A stretch of 64,000 bases of DNA from Alphaproteobacteria bacterium (GCA_030429625.1 JAUIFA010000004.1:205568-269567), one strand, 5' to 3'. Positions 44,429 through 55,083 are shown, counted from the stretch's first letter. The notes: a model not told the origin generated them from the sequence alone. Translations and numbers: made by a program.

Positions 44429-45547
44429 CTATAAATCTCTTTCCTGATGGTCACGTGTTATCCATCCTCCGCCCAGAACCCGGCTCTTATCATAGGCCAC
44501 ACAAGCCTGTCCGGAAGAAATGGCTTTTTGCGGCTCATCAAACGTTACCTTATAATGGCGTGCATCGTGGGGGTATAGGGTTGCGCCCAGCATGTCACCA
44601 GATGAGCGAATCCGAACATGTGTTTTTAGACCTTCATTGGGAATCGGATCGGCCAGCCAATTAAGGTCTTTGATGAGGAAAGATTTTTTATACAGCGCCT
44701 CTTCAGGGCCAACAATTACGTCGTTGGTTTGTGGGTTGATGTTAACAACATACAGAATTTCTCCACCGCCAATATCAAGCCCGCGCCGTTGCCCGATTGT
44801 GTATTTAATAATTCCATCATGTGTTTTAAGGACTCGGCCGTCCACATGTACAATATTACCTTTTTCCATTGCGCCGGGGCGCAGTTTTTCCACCACAGAG
44901 CTGTAATTTCCATTGGGGACAAAACAAATATCTTGGCTTTCTGCCTTATCTGCTGTTTGTAGACCAAAACGCTCCGCTTCTTTTCGGGTTTGTTCTTTGC
45001 TCATGCCACCAAGGGGAAAGTGCAGAAAGTTCAATTGCTCAGCAGTCGTCGCAAAGAGAAAATAGGATTGATCCTTGCTATCGTCTAAACCCTTATGCAG
45101 TTGGGCAATATTATTGTTTTCAATCTTCTGAACATAGTGACCGGTGACCATTGCATCGGCATCTAGATCTTTGGCAACCTTAAGTAAATCACGAAACTTA
45201 ACCGTTTGGTTGCACTTAACGCAAGGGATCGGGGTTTCCCCTCTTATGTAGCTGTCAGCAAAATCTTCCATCACCGAATTTTTAAACAGACTTTCATAAT
45301 TTAATACATAATGGGGGATGCCTAATTCTTCACATACCCTGCGAGCATCTTCGATATCCTGTCCTGCACAGCAAGCATTTTTCTTCTCAATGGCGGCTCC
45401 ATGGTCATAGAGTTGCAAGGTGATGCCGATGGTTTCATAACCCTGTTCATGAATTAACGCTGCGGCCACAGAGCTGTCCACCCCGCCGCTCATGGCAACA
45501 ACCACACGAGTTTTGTTTTTAGGCTTGTTTAGGGCGAGTTGGTTCAT
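44429..45547 (-). CDS. mnmA: tRNA-specific 2-thiouridylase MnmA
   Basis: 372 aa. PP-loop VVAMSGGVDSSVAA, CNQTVKFRDLL and SKDQSYFL. Confidence 0.95.
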   Translation of the reverse strand: MNQLALNKPKNKTRVVVAMSGGVDSSVAAALIHEQGYETIGITLQLYDHGAAIEKKNACCAGQDIEDARRVCEELGIPHYVLNYESLFKNSVMEDFADSYIRGETPIPCVKCNQTVKFRDLLKVAKDLDADAMVTGHYVQKIENNNIAQLHKGLDDSKDQSYFLFATTAEQLNFLHFPLGGMSKEQTRKEAERFGLQTADKAESQDICFVPNGNYSSVVEKLRPGAMEKGNIVHVDGRVLKTHDGIIKYTIGQRRGLDIGGGEILYVVNINPQTNDVIVGPEEALYKKSFLIKDLNWLADPIPNEGLKTHVRIRSSGDMLGATLYPHDARHYKVTFDEPQKAISSGQACVAYDKSRVLGGGWITRDHQERDL

Positions 45548-45590
45548 TATATATAACGTAGCTATAGTTTTTCTAAAAAAGGTTAATACG

Positions 45591-47024
45591 ATGAAAAAAT
45601 CAGTCCATCTGTTGTTATTTTTTACGCTATTAAGCCTAAATTTCTTTATATTGCAAGCTTTTGATGCAGCAGCACAGCGGCAAGTTCCCCAATCGCAGGG
45701 TCAGATTGTTTTGTCCTATGCGCCATTGGTGGCACAATCAGCACCAGCGGTGGTCAATATTTATACTTCGGCAAAGGTAAAAGTGCGTGGGGGAGGGCTA
45801 TCACCTTTTTTTAATGATCCATTTTTTAGTAAATTCTTTGACTCAGGCGTTCTTGGCCGTGGTTTGGGGCGGATTCAGGAGAAGGAAATCAGCACGCTAG
45901 GCTCTGGGGTTATCGTCAGCTCGGACGGGTTGGTCATTACAAACAACCATGTGGTTAAGGAAGGCGGAGAGATTAAGGTTGTGCTAAATAATAAGCAAGA
46001 ATTTGATGCCAAGCTGGTTATTTCTGATGAAAAAAGTGATTTGGCATTGTTAAAGATTGAGGTAGACAGAAAGCTCCCTTATTTACACATTGCACAGCAC
46101 GATAATTTACAGGTGGGTGACATTGTTCTGGCTATTGGAAACCCTTTTGGGGTTGGGCAAACGGTTACTGGTGGCATTGTTTCAGCTTTGGCACGCACCG
46201 CCGTTGGAATTGGGGATTATGACTTCTTTATCCAAACGGATGCGGCAATTAATCCGGGCAATTCCGGTGGTGCGTTGGTGAATATGCAGGGGGAATTGGT
46301 AGGTATTAACACTGCAATTTACAGTAAAACCGGTACCAGTGCGGGCATTGGCTTTGCAACGCCGTCAATCATGGCCAAAATTATTCTGGACAATTACCGG
46401 CGTGGCAACAGCAAGGTGATACGGCCTTGGTTCGGTGCTTCCACTCAAAATGTTACAGCAGAGTTGGCGGAATCTCTTGGTCTGGATAAGCCGGTTGGTG
46501 TTTTGATTAAGGAAATTTTTCCTAAGAGCAGCGCAGAAGATGCTGGCATAAAAACCGGAGATGTCATTGTTTCTATTAATGACAAAGAAGTTTCAGATGA
46601 AGATTTTCTTAGATTTTATATGGCGACGTACTCCATTGGACAAAAGGCTAAATTAAATATCATGCGTTCTGGACAATATCGAACGGTTGATATTTTGATG
46701 GAAGAGGCCAAAGAATATCCATTGCGCAATACCACCGAAATTAAGGGTAACAACCCTATGGAAGGTGCGATCGTGGAAAATCTTTCACCGGTTTTGGCCG
46801 ATGAAATAGGTATTTCTATCAGCAAAGGCGTTATCATTCGTGATGTGCCACTGGGGTCTTATGCCGCACGTATATTTAAATCTGGTGACATTCTGGAGTC
46901 GGTTAATGGCATAAATATCAAAGAAGTTAACCAACTAGTTAAATTACTAAATCAGCCAAAGAAAGGGTGGAAGATTAAGGCGCGCAGAGGGGCGCAAACC
47001 ATATCTATTTCCATTGCATTGTGA
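45591..47024 (+). CDS. degP: Periplasmic serine endoprotease DegP/DegQ (HtrA family), two PDZ domains
   Basis: ATG at 45591 gives the signal peptide MKKSVHLLLFFTLLSLNFFILQAFDAAA; the track ORF at 45492 overlaps mnmA. Catalytic triad context TNNHVV, DLALLK, GNSGGAL. Confidence 0.93.
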   Translation: MKKSVHLLLFFTLLSLNFFILQAFDAAAQRQVPQSQGQIVLSYAPLVAQSAPAVVNIYTSAKVKVRGGGLSPFFNDPFFSKFFDSGVLGRGLGRIQEKEISTLGSGVIVSSDGLVITNNHVVKEGGEIKVVLNNKQEFDAKLVISDEKSDLALLKIEVDRKLPYLHIAQHDNLQVGDIVLAIGNPFGVGQTVTGGIVSALARTAVGIGDYDFFIQTDAAINPGNSGGALVNMQGELVGINTAIYSKTGTSAGIGFATPSIMAKIILDNYRRGNSKVIRPWFGASTQNVTAELAESLGLDKPVGVLIKEIFPKSSAEDAGIKTGDVIVSINDKEVSDEDFLRFYMATYSIGQKAKLNIMRSGQYRTVDILMEEAKEYPLRNTTEIKGNNPMEGAIVENLSPVLADEIGISISKGVIIRDVPLGSYAARIFKSGDILESVNGINIKEVNQLVKLLNQPKKGWKIKARRGAQTISISIAL

Positions 47025-48337
47025 TGCCTGATCTTTTTGAATCCGATTTAGAAAACAATGATACGTCTGATGCCAATCGTCCGCTGGCCGACCGTATGCG
47101 GCCTAAGAGTTTCGCTGAGGTTCTTGGTCAGGAAGAAATGTTAGGACAGAACAGCTTATTTTCGGATGCGTTACAATCGGAGTCTGTCTTCCCTAGTATT
47201 ATTTTTTGGGGTACGCCGGGATGCGGTAAAACCACTATCGCCCGCTTGATTGCCGATCATACGGACGCTAAATTTGTCATGATTTCCGCCATTACCAGCG
47301 CCACAGCCGAACTGAGAAAGATTTTTCAACAGGCGGAGTTAGATAAGAGACTGGGCAAAAGAACCTTGCTCTTGGTGGATGAGATTCACCGTTTTAATCG
47401 CAGCCAGCAGGATTTATTCCTCCCCTACATTGAAAACGGCACGATCATTCTCATTGGTGCAACGACAGAGAACCCTTCTTTTGAACTAAACTCTGCTCTG
47501 CTGAGCCGCTGTAAGGTTCTGGTGTTAAAGCCGATGAGTGATGATTCTTTAAGGGAGTTAACCTATCGGGCAGAAAAATTTATTGGCAAAAAATTACCCA
47601 TTGACGAAGAGGCCAGAAAAACCCTCTGCGCCTTGGCAAATGGTGATGCACGGGCGTTGCTCGGCATGTGTGAGGATTTATTTAACCACAAGGTTAAGAA
47701 GAAGATAGGGCAGGCTTTACTGCTCGAATTAATTGGCAAAAGAAAGCCAATATACGACAAATCACAAGACGGGCATTATAATTTGCTTAGTGCGTTTCAC
47801 AAATCCATGCGCGCGTCGGATGCCGATGCAGCGATTTATTGGGCAGCGCGCATGCTTGATGGTGGGGAAGATCCGGCCACCATTATCCGTAGAATGGTGG
47901 CGTGTGCAGGAGAAGATGTGGGTATGGCAGACCCGCAGGCGCTGATTCAGGCACTGGCGGCCAAGGATGCTTATGAATATCTTGGTTGGCCGGAATCACG
48001 GCAGGCCATGGCACAGGCGATTATTTATATTTGTACCGCCCCCAAATCCAACGCGTCGTACATGGCAATGAATGCGGCGCTTGCCGATGCAAAAAATGAT
48101 AAATCCTATATGCCACCCAAACATGCGCTGAACGCCCCCACAAAAATGATGAAAGAGCAAGGCTATTCAGACGGATATGTGTACGACCACGATACACCGG
48201 AAGGCTTTAGCGGTCTGTCGTATTTTCCCAAAGAGACCGGCCGCAGAAGCTATTATCAGCCCAACGAACGCGGATTTGAGCGTGACATCAAAAAACGCAT
48301 GGAATATTTTGAGAAACGGCGCAAGCCAAGCGACTAA
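47021..48337 (+). CDS. rarA: Replication-associated recombination protein A (MgsA/RarA AAA+ ATPase)
   Basis: 438 aa. Walker [10 protein letters not shown], Walker [12 protein letters not shown], and C-terminal [23 protein letters not shown]. Confidence 0.94.
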   Translation: MMPDLFESDLENNDTSDANRPLADRMRPKSFAEVLGQEEMLGQNSLFSDALQSESVFPSIIFWGTPGCGKTTIARLIADHTDAKFVMISAITSATAELRKIFQQAELDKRLGKRTLLLVDEIHRFNRSQQDLFLPYIENGTIILIGATTENPSFELNSALLSRCKVLVLKPMSDDSLRELTYRAEKFIGKKLPIDEEARKTLCALANGDARALLGMCEDLFNHKVKKKIGQALLLELIGKRKPIYDKSQDGHYNLLSAFHKSMRASDADAAIYWAARMLDGGEDPATIIRRMVACAGEDVGMADPQALIQALAAKDAYEYLGWPESRQAMAQAIIYICTAPKSNASYMAMNAALADAKNDKSYMPPKHALNAPTKMMKEQGYSDGYVYDHDTPEGFSGLSYFPKETGRRSYYQPNERGFERDIKKRMEYFEKRRKPSD

Positions 48338-49824
48338 CCCAATTTCTTCTTCAAGATTTCGTTCACCGCTGCTGGGTTAGCTTTGCCTTTAGAGGCTTGC
48401 ATCACCTGACCGACAAAGAAGCCGAACAATTTATCTTTACCACTGCGATATTGTTCTACTTTATCCTGATTGGCGTTGAGTACTTCATCAATAATGGCTT
48501 CAATCGCGCCGGTATCGGTGACTTGTTTGAGGCCTTTTTCCTCGATGATTGCGTCTGCATCTTTGCCACTTTCCATCATAATATCTAGCACATCTTTGGC
48601 GATTTTTCCTGAGATTGTATTATCTTTTATCAGATTAATTAAACCAGATAGTTGAATAGATGAAACATTACACTCATCAATGGATTGACCGGATTTATTG
48701 AGCCTTCCGAACAGCTCCGCCGTGACCCATGTTAGGGCCAGTTTGGCATCGCCGGTTTTTTCCAACACCACATCAAAATAATCGGCATTTACCTTATCTG
48801 CCGTTAGCACTCCGGCGTCGTAGGCGCTGATGTTGAACTGCTCCATATAGCGGTTTTTCTTTTCGTCCGGCAATTCAGGTAGATTGTCGTTTATGGCGTC
48901 GATAAAAGACTGCTCAATGACCAGTGGGTAGAGGTCAGGATCTGGGAAATAGCGATAATCATGAGCGTCTTCTTTGGTGCGCATGACACGGGTTTCTCCG
49001 CTGTTTGGGTCAAACAAACGCGTTGCCTGTTCCACTACGCCACCGCTTTCGAGCAGGTCAATTTGACGGCGAGCCTCATAATTAATCGCACTGATGATGT
49101 TGCGGATGGAGTTCAGGTTTTTGATTTCGTTGCGTGTACCGAATTCTGCGCCCGGGCGGCGTACGGAAATGTTGGCATCGCAACGCATTGAGCCTTTTTC
49201 CATGTCGCCGTCACACGTGCCAAGATAGCGTACAATAGCGCGTAATTTCTTCATGTATTGTCCGGCTTCTTCGGCCGAGCGCATGTCCGGCATAGAGACA
49301 ATTTCCATCAAAGCAATGCCCGAACGGTTTAGATCAATAAAGGATTTAGTAGGGTCTTGGTCGTGGATGGATTTGCCGGCATCCTGTTCCAGATGGATGC
49401 GTTCAATGCCGACTTGACGCGTGGAACCATCGGGCATGTCCAGCGTGATGATACCGTTGCCGACAATGGGATCGCTAAATTGGGAAATTTGATAGCCTTG
49501 GGGCAAATCGGCGTAAAAATAGTTTTTGCGGTCAAACACAGAGCGCAAATTGATCTGTGCCTTTAGTCCCAAACCCGTGCGTACCGCCTGCTCCACGCAA
49601 TATTTGTTCAGCACCGGCAGCATCCCCGGCATGGCAGCGTCCACCAATGAAACTTGACTGTTCGGCTGAGCGCCAAACGACGTATCGCTGCCGGAAAATA
49701 GTTTGGAATTAGAACTCACCTGAGCGTGGACTTCCAGCCCAATGACCAGTTCCCAATCGCCGCTATTGCCCTTTACTAAGTTTTCAGGACGGGTTGCTAC
49801 GTTACTGTGTCTGAATTCTGTCAT
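48334..49824 (-). CDS. gatB: Asp/Glu-tRNA(Asn/Gln) amidotransferase subunit B
   Basis: 496 aa. [25 protein letters not shown], and a C-terminal YqeY-like tail. Confidence 0.96.
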   Translation of the reverse strand: MTEFRHSNVATRPENLVKGNSGDWELVIGLEVHAQVSSNSKLFSGSDTSFGAQPNSQVSLVDAAMPGMLPVLNKYCVEQAVRTGLGLKAQINLRSVFDRKNYFYADLPQGYQISQFSDPIVGNGIITLDMPDGSTRQVGIERIHLEQDAGKSIHDQDPTKSFIDLNRSGIALMEIVSMPDMRSAEEAGQYMKKLRAIVRYLGTCDGDMEKGSMRCDANISVRRPGAEFGTRNEIKNLNSIRNIISAINYEARRQIDLLESGGVVEQATRLFDPNSGETRVMRTKEDAHDYRYFPDPDLYPLVIEQSFIDAINDNLPELPDEKKNRYMEQFNISAYDAGVLTADKVNADYFDVVLEKTGDAKLALTWVTAELFGRLNKSGQSIDECNVSSIQLSGLINLIKDNTISGKIAKDVLDIMMESGKDADAIIEEKGLKQVTDTGAIEAIIDEVLNANQDKVEQYRSGKDKLFGFFVGQVMQASKGKANPAAVNEILKKKLG

Positions 49825-49825
49825 G

Positions 49826-51310
49826 TTATTCTCCCTTTAATAAGGTCGGGATGGAATCAAAATTCGCCGCTTTCTCAATGGCTGCGCCCACGTTGAAGAC
49901 GGTTTGTTCGTCCCATGGCTTGCCAAGAATTTGCAGACCTAAAGGAGTGCCCTGAGAACTCAACCCCGCCGGAACCGACATGCCGGGAAGACCCGCCAAA
50001 CTCGCCGGAACAGTGAACAAGTCGTTAAGATACATAGCAACAGGATCATCCATTTTTTCACCAATTCCAAACGCTGCAGACGGGGTGGTTGGGGTTAAAA
50101 TAGCGTCTACCTTCTCAAACGCCTGATTAAAATCCTGCGCGATCAAGCGGCGGATTTTCTGTGCCTTAAGGTAATAGGCGTCATAATAACCATGCGAAAG
50201 AACGTAGGTGCCGATAAAGATACGGCGTTTGACTTCGTCACCAAAACCCTCTTCGCGGGTTTGCTCATACATTTCATCGAGCGATTTCACCGGCTTGGAG
50301 GTGCGGTGGCCATAGCGTACACCATCGTAACGCGCTAAATTAGACGAGGCTTCGGCCGGAGCCACAATGTAATATGTCGGCAGGGCATATTTTGTGTAGG
50401 GAAGGGAAATCTCCACGATTTCCGCACCGGCTTCTTTTAGCCAAGCCGCACCTTTCTCCCACAAAGCTTTGATTTCAGAGGGCATACCGTCGGCGATATA
50501 TTCTTTAGGAATGCCGATTCTTTTGCCTTTCATGTCCGCAGAAATAGAGGACGACCATTTAGGCACATCTTTGTTCACGCTGGTGGAGTCTTTTTCATCA
50601 TAGCCGGCAATGGCCTCCAACATAAAGGCACAATCAAGGGTGTTTTTACCAAAGACGCCAGCCTGATCCAGTGAGCTGGCAAAGGCGACTGTTCCCCAGC
50701 GCGAGCATCGGCCATAGGTGGGTTTGATGCCGACTGTGCCGGTGAAAGCGGCCGGTTGACGGATCGATCCTCCCGTGTCGGTTCCTAACGCTGCGGCGCA
50801 TAATCTGGCCGAAACTGCTGCCGCAGAACCACCGGAAGACCCACCAGGCACAAGGTTTGTTTCGTCACCGTTACGTTTCCACGGATTTATTACGTTTCCG
50901 TAATGACTTGTAATGTTTGCCGAGCCCATAGCGAATTCATCGAGGTTGGTTTTGCCCACCATCACCGCACCGTGGGCAAATAAATTTTTCGTGATGCTGG
51001 ATTCATAAGGCGGTATAAAATTACCAAGAATATGGGAGGCAGCGGTTGTTTTAACCCCAGTGGTGCAGAACAAGTCTTTCACTCCAACCGTAATGCCTTC
51101 AAGCAAACCGGCATTACCGGCGGCAATCTTATTATCGGACTGTTTGGCCTGCTCCAGCGCTTTATCCTCAGTGAGGGTGATAAAGGCATTTAGAGATTCG
51201 TATTTTTTACAATGGTTAAGATACTCTGTGGTGAGTTCAACCGAAGAAAAATCTTTATTCTTTAGGCCATCAACGGATTCTTTGATCGATAAATGCGTAA
51301 GATTTGTCAT
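49826..51310 (-). CDS. gatA: Glu-tRNA(Gln) amidotransferase subunit A
   Basis: 494 aa. Amidase signature [13 protein letters not shown]...[12 protein letters not shown]. Confidence 0.96.
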   Translation of the reverse strand: MTNLTHLSIKESVDGLKNKDFSSVELTTEYLNHCKKYESLNAFITLTEDKALEQAKQSDNKIAAGNAGLLEGITVGVKDLFCTTGVKTTAASHILGNFIPPYESSITKNLFAHGAVMVGKTNLDEFAMGSANITSHYGNVINPWKRNGDETNLVPGGSSGGSAAAVSARLCAAALGTDTGGSIRQPAAFTGTVGIKPTYGRCSRWGTVAFASSLDQAGVFGKNTLDCAFMLEAIAGYDEKDSTSVNKDVPKWSSSISADMKGKRIGIPKEYIADGMPSEIKALWEKGAAWLKEAGAEIVEISLPYTKYALPTYYIVAPAEASSNLARYDGVRYGHRTSKPVKSLDEMYEQTREEGFGDEVKRRIFIGTYVLSHGYYDAYYLKAQKIRRLIAQDFNQAFEKVDAILTPTTPSAAFGIGEKMDDPVAMYLNDLFTVPASLAGLPGMSVPAGLSSQGTPLGLQILGKPWDEQTVFNVGAAIEKAANFDSIPTLLKGE

Positions 51311-51597
51311 TAGCCCACCACCTTTGGTACGACGTAGCAGTCAAAATTGGACTCAGGTGCGTTAGAAAGTACCTTATCCTGAACATTGCCGTCATTGACG
51401 ACATCTTCGCGCAGGCGTGCAGTATAATCACCCACTCCAGCCATTGGTTCAATCCCATCAGTATTGACTTCCTGCAATTGCTCAATCCAATTGAAAATAC
51501 CGTTAAGGTCTTCGGTCATTTTCTTTTTTTCATCATCTGTCACCGCGATACGAGCCAATTTAGCGATTTTACTGACATCCTTACTATCTAAAGACAT
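51310..51597 (-). CDS. gatC: Asp/Glu-tRNA amidotransferase subunit C
   Basis: 95 aa. [44 protein letters not shown]. The stop overlaps the gatA start. Confidence 0.93.
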   Translation of the reverse strand: MSLDSKDVSKIAKLARIAVTDDEKKKMTEDLNGIFNWIEQLQEVNTDGIEPMAGVGDYTARLREDVVNDGNVQDKVLSNAPESNFDCYVVPKVVG

Positions 51598-51704
51598 TGC
51601 TTGTACTCTTTATTGTTTTTATATAAGTTGGGTTGCGAAGAGTTTTCTAGTATATTTAATCTCTGCCGTCAAACATAACCATCGATGAACGAAGCAAAAT
51701 AATC

Positions 51705-52073
51705 ATGAACAGGCCAATACCGAAAATTACCATACTCTTACTTGTATCAATAATACTCATATTTCCTGCTGTGTCGTATGCACAAGAAAGTGAAGAGACA
51801 GATTTTGTATCAGAAGACGATATGTCGGCCAACGAATTGTTTGAAGCCGCAGTAGAACATATGGGAGAGGGTGTGAAGAGAATGTTGAAGAAAGACCAGG
51901 AGAAATGGAAAATTGAGGGAACAGAGTCAAAGCAAAAAGACTGCAAGGTACATCGCAAAAAATGCGTAGATATGGCGGCTAAGGGGGGATTTAAAAACAG
52001 AGTGATGGAGATTTTTAGGATTGAGTTTTGTAAAGAAGCTCGGAAAGTCTGTGATGGAGATTGGCACGAATAA
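51705..52073 (+). CDS. Hypothetical secreted protein, 4 Cys
   Basis: 122 aa. Signal peptide with a predicted cleavage site after SYA, an acidic then basic mature part, and four Cys in the C-terminal 45 residues. No family recognised. Confidence 0.5.
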   Translation: MNRPIPKITILLLVSIILIFPAVSYAQESEETDFVSEDDMSANELFEAAVEHMGEGVKRMLKKDQEKWKIEGTESKQKDCKVHRKKCVDMAAKGGFKNRVMEIFRIEFCKEARKVCDGDWHE

Positions 52074-52078
52074 TCGCG

Positions 52079-52921
52079 TTACCAATCTTCGTCAGTAAGC
52101 TTTTGGGTTCTTTCGTCAATAAGGGTTTGCACCTGTTCGTGGGTACAAAAACCGTGCTTAATTGCCAAGTCTCCCAAGCGAATATTTTTCCCACTTTCTT
52201 TAAAGGTTTGTGCTTGTTCTTCTGTCAGAAGGTCACGCTGTGTCGGCGTAATAAGTCCGGCTGTAATCAGGCGTGAGCCCATCCAGTTCTTATCGTTGCT
52301 TTCTTTACCAAGGAAGGAAGAGGGTTCAATGTTCTGTTGTTCTAAAACATTTTGGATTTGTTTTGCACTACAATAACCCAACTTCACTACCAACTCACCA
52401 AAGCGGATATCAATATTTCTTGTCATCAGTTTGCGTTGTTGACTGATAACAATATAGCGTTGCCAATGGGTTAGTAGCCCGGCATTTATCAGCTTGGCAC
52501 CGAGTTTGGTTGTGTCTTCTTCAATAGGATTATCAAAAAGACCCTCATCCATGGCCTGTTTGCTGAGTTCCGTTAACTCTTCTTCTGTCAGCTTTAATTC
52601 ATTTATGATCTTGTCAATGTCTTCGTCTATTGAGGTTTCAATTTCATCGTTTTCTACCGCCGCAAGCATTTGGAAGGTAGAAAAATGTTCAATGGAAACA
52701 GGGTCTTTGGAAGCTACGTTTGCGGACATATCAATGTCGCTGTCTTGCTCAGGGACTTCGTCAGTGTTGATGATTGGGTTGGTATCTTCAGGAGGGAGAG
52801 GTAGTTCTTGGTCTGGGCTGTCTTTATAATCATTGGCAATAATGGTGGGCAAAGGGTCGTAGTTTGGATCGACAAAACTACGCAAAACATCTTTGAAACT
52901 ATACCCTTGTCTGTATGACAT
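52079..52921 (-). CDS. Hypothetical protein: acidic disordered N-terminal half plus two MshEN/T2SSE_N-like repeat modules
   Basis: 280 aa. It begins 17 nt downstream of proB on the same strand. C-terminal repeats are GAKLINAGLLTHWQ...IRFGELVVKLGYCSAKQIQ and GSRLITAGLITPTQ...IRLGDLAIKHGFCTHEQVQ, the same module as in 15542-15976. Confidence 0.68.
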   Translation of the reverse strand: MSYRQGYSFKDVLRSFVDPNYDPLPTIIANDYKDSPDQELPLPPEDTNPIINTDEVPEQDSDIDMSANVASKDPVSIEHFSTFQMLAAVENDEIETSIDEDIDKIINELKLTEEELTELSKQAMDEGLFDNPIEEDTTKLGAKLINAGLLTHWQRYIVISQQRKLMTRNIDIRFGELVVKLGYCSAKQIQNVLEQQNIEPSSFLGKESNDKNWMGSRLITAGLITPTQRDLLTEEQAQTFKESGKNIRLGDLAIKHGFCTHEQVQTLIDERTQKLTDEDW

Positions 52922-52938
52922 GTTTGCTATGACTCATA

Positions 52939-54051
52939 TTAATTTACCATTACCAGATCCGACCTATGAATCATCTCCGTACGTCCATCATACTGTAAAA
53001 TTGTTTCTATTTCACTAGTTTTTCTTCCTAATATCTTTTTTGCTTCTTCTGCCGAGAAAGCAACAAGCCCACGCGCGACTTCGGCACCATGAGCGTTTTT
53101 AATTGTGACAGCATCGCCACGTTCAAAATCCCCCTCAACATTGGTTACTCCTGCCGGCAGGAGACTTTTGCCACGGCTTAGGGCTTCTTCGGCACCGTTG
53201 TCTACACTCAAAGAGCCGGAAGGTTTTAATGTGTGAGCAATCCAGTTCTTACGGGCGGTTTTGGCATCTTCAGACGCTTTGAACAGGGTATGATTATTCG
53301 AGCCATCCAAGAGTTTCTTGATTGGGTGGGGGTCTTTTCCTGAAGTAATGATTGTATGACAGCCGACACTTGCGGCAATCTTTGCGGCCATAATTTTAGT
53401 TTTCATCCCACCAGAACCTACATTGGAGCTTATCCCGTCAGCCATATTTTCAATTGCCTGGTCAATATTTTCTACTACCGCAATGTGCTTTGCTTCGGGG
53501 TGGCTATGGGGATTAGCATCGTACAATCCATCAACATCGGAAAGCAGGATTAAATGCTCTGCCTCAACCATTTGGGCAATACGGGCGGCCAGACGGTCAT
53601 TATCGCCAAAGCGTATTTCATCGGTAGAAATAGTATCATTTTCATTGATGATGGGCACAATGCCCCTTTTTAGCAAAATATTGATAGTGTTGCGGGCATT
53701 TAAATAACGCCGTCTGTTTTCAGAATCTTCCAGAGTGAGTAATATCTGGGCAGCTTTTAAGCCATGGGTATTGAGATGTTTCTCATAATTGTTGATCAAA
53801 GCCAGTTGACCACAGGCGGCAGCGGCCTGTTTTTCATCCAAACGCAGGGGACGGGATTTTATGTTCAGCGCGTCCTTTCCCAATCCAATAGAGCCGGAAG
53901 AGACAAGGATAACATCTACCGATTTTTGCTTTAAATCGGCAATGTCCTCGCACACAGACTGCACCCATTTTGTGCGCAGACGACCGTCACCATCGATTAA
54001 CAAAGCGGAGCCGATTTTTATGATAATTTTCTTGCTTTTAAGTAAGTTCAT
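52939..54051 (-). CDS. proB: Glutamate 5-kinase (with C-terminal PUA domain)
   Basis: 370 aa. IIIKIGSALL, VILVSSGSIGLG, IPIINENDT and FGDNDRLAA, with a PUA-like C-terminus (GDAVTIKN...GLVAFSAEE). Confidence 0.95.
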   Translation of the reverse strand: MNLLKSKKIIIKIGSALLIDGDGRLRTKWVQSVCEDIADLKQKSVDVILVSSGSIGLGKDALNIKSRPLRLDEKQAAAACGQLALINNYEKHLNTHGLKAAQILLTLEDSENRRRYLNARNTINILLKRGIVPIINENDTISTDEIRFGDNDRLAARIAQMVEAEHLILLSDVDGLYDANPHSHPEAKHIAVVENIDQAIENMADGISSNVGSGGMKTKIMAAKIAASVGCHTIITSGKDPHPIKKLLDGSNNHTLFKASEDAKTARKNWIAHTLKPSGSLSVDNGAEEALSRGKSLLPAGVTNVEGDFERGDAVTIKNAHGAEVARGLVAFSAEEAKKILGRKTSEIETILQYDGRTEMIHRSDLVMVN

Positions 54052-54189
54052 AGGCGAATCCTAACGTTTTTTATGGGTTGTGTCGATAGGTAAAATAACA
54101 TAAAAACCACGCTAAAATAGGGGTTGGAATTGAGGGGATAATATGCTATTTCTCACAGAATAATAATTCTTATCCATCTGGGGGAGCTT

Positions 54190-54852
54190 ATGGAACATAA
54201 AGTTATTACGATTTCTCAGCAAAAAGGTGGGGCGGGAAAAACGACCGTAGCGGCGCATCTGGCAATTGGCTTTATGCAGAAGGGATACAAGGTGGCAACG
54301 TTAGACGTTGATCCACAAGGTAGCCTTAGTGCGTGGTACAATGCCAGAGAGGTGTCTCTTGGGGCAGAGAATACCGGCCTTTATTGCGATGTTATGACCG
54401 ACAATTGGGGGCTGGATTATGAAATTGATAAGCTTCAGGAAGAATACGACATTGTGATTATTGATTGTCCGCCACACACTAAGGACAACGCACAAAAGGC
54501 TGTGCGTAAGGCAGATTTGGTATTGATTCCTATTCAGCCTAGCCCTACTGATTTGTGGGCCACTACGAATACGGTATTACTAACCAATCAGGAAAATGCC
54601 CACACCTATCTTTTGTTAAATCGGGTGGTACAAAATTCCAATCTGGCCAAACGTTTTATTAAAGATTTGCCTCGGTCACGCCTTAAAGCAGTTCTGGGCA
54701 ATCGCATCTCTTTCCCAACGGCCATGTCGGAAGGGCTGTGCGTGACTGAAACTCAGCCTTCGAGCAAAGCCGCCAAAGAGGTACAGTCTGTTCTCAAAGA
54801 AGTTATCTCTATTCTTAAGGCACAGGATAAGGAACTTAGAAAGACCGCATAA
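54190..54852 (+). CDS. ParA/MinD-family ATPase (orphan; no parB adjacent)
   Basis: 220 aa. Deviant Walker A SQQKGGAGKTT, LDVDPQGS, and Walker B IVIIDCPP. Confidence 0.87.
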   Translation: MEHKVITISQQKGGAGKTTVAAHLAIGFMQKGYKVATLDVDPQGSLSAWYNAREVSLGAENTGLYCDVMTDNWGLDYEIDKLQEEYDIVIIDCPPHTKDNAQKAVRKADLVLIPIQPSPTDLWATTNTVLLTNQENAHTYLLLNRVVQNSNLAKRFIKDLPRSRLKAVLGNRISFPTAMSEGLCVTETQPSSKAAKEVQSVLKEVISILKAQDKELRKTA

Positions 54853-54966
54853 TGTGGCTACACCACATAGGTTGAGTTTCAACATCATAAATCATCTTTT
54901 TGTTGCAATTAAAGAATTGTTGCTTATACTGCGGAGCATAATTGGAGCTTGGGGGAGCCTAGGATT

Positions 54967-55083
54967 ATGGATACGTCAAAAATAAAAGAAGCTATGGCTT
55001 ATTTTTACTTCGCCCTTTGTCTAGGGATGGCCGCTTTGGCCATTATCCTAGGCGAGGCGGCAAGCCGAAGCCTTTTGCTATAG
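54967..55083 (+). CDS. Hypothetical 38-aa single-TM peptide (MDTSKIKEAMAYFYFALCLGMAALAIILGEAASRSLLL)
   Basis: Below the track cutoff. GGGGGAG lies about 10 nt upstream. The hydrophobic core is compatible with a small membrane protein. The stop overlaps the convergent 55078-55650 gene. Confidence 0.2.
   Translation: MDTSKIKEAMAYFYFALCLGMAALAIILGEAASRSLLL

Noticed and set aside
52062-52077. The sigma-54 promoter-like sequence TGGCACGAATAATCGC
   Set aside because: The GG-to-GC spacing is off by one relative to TGGCAC-N5-TTGC. It lies at the 3' end of a + strand ORF and faces the end of a convergent gene, so there is nothing for it to transcribe.
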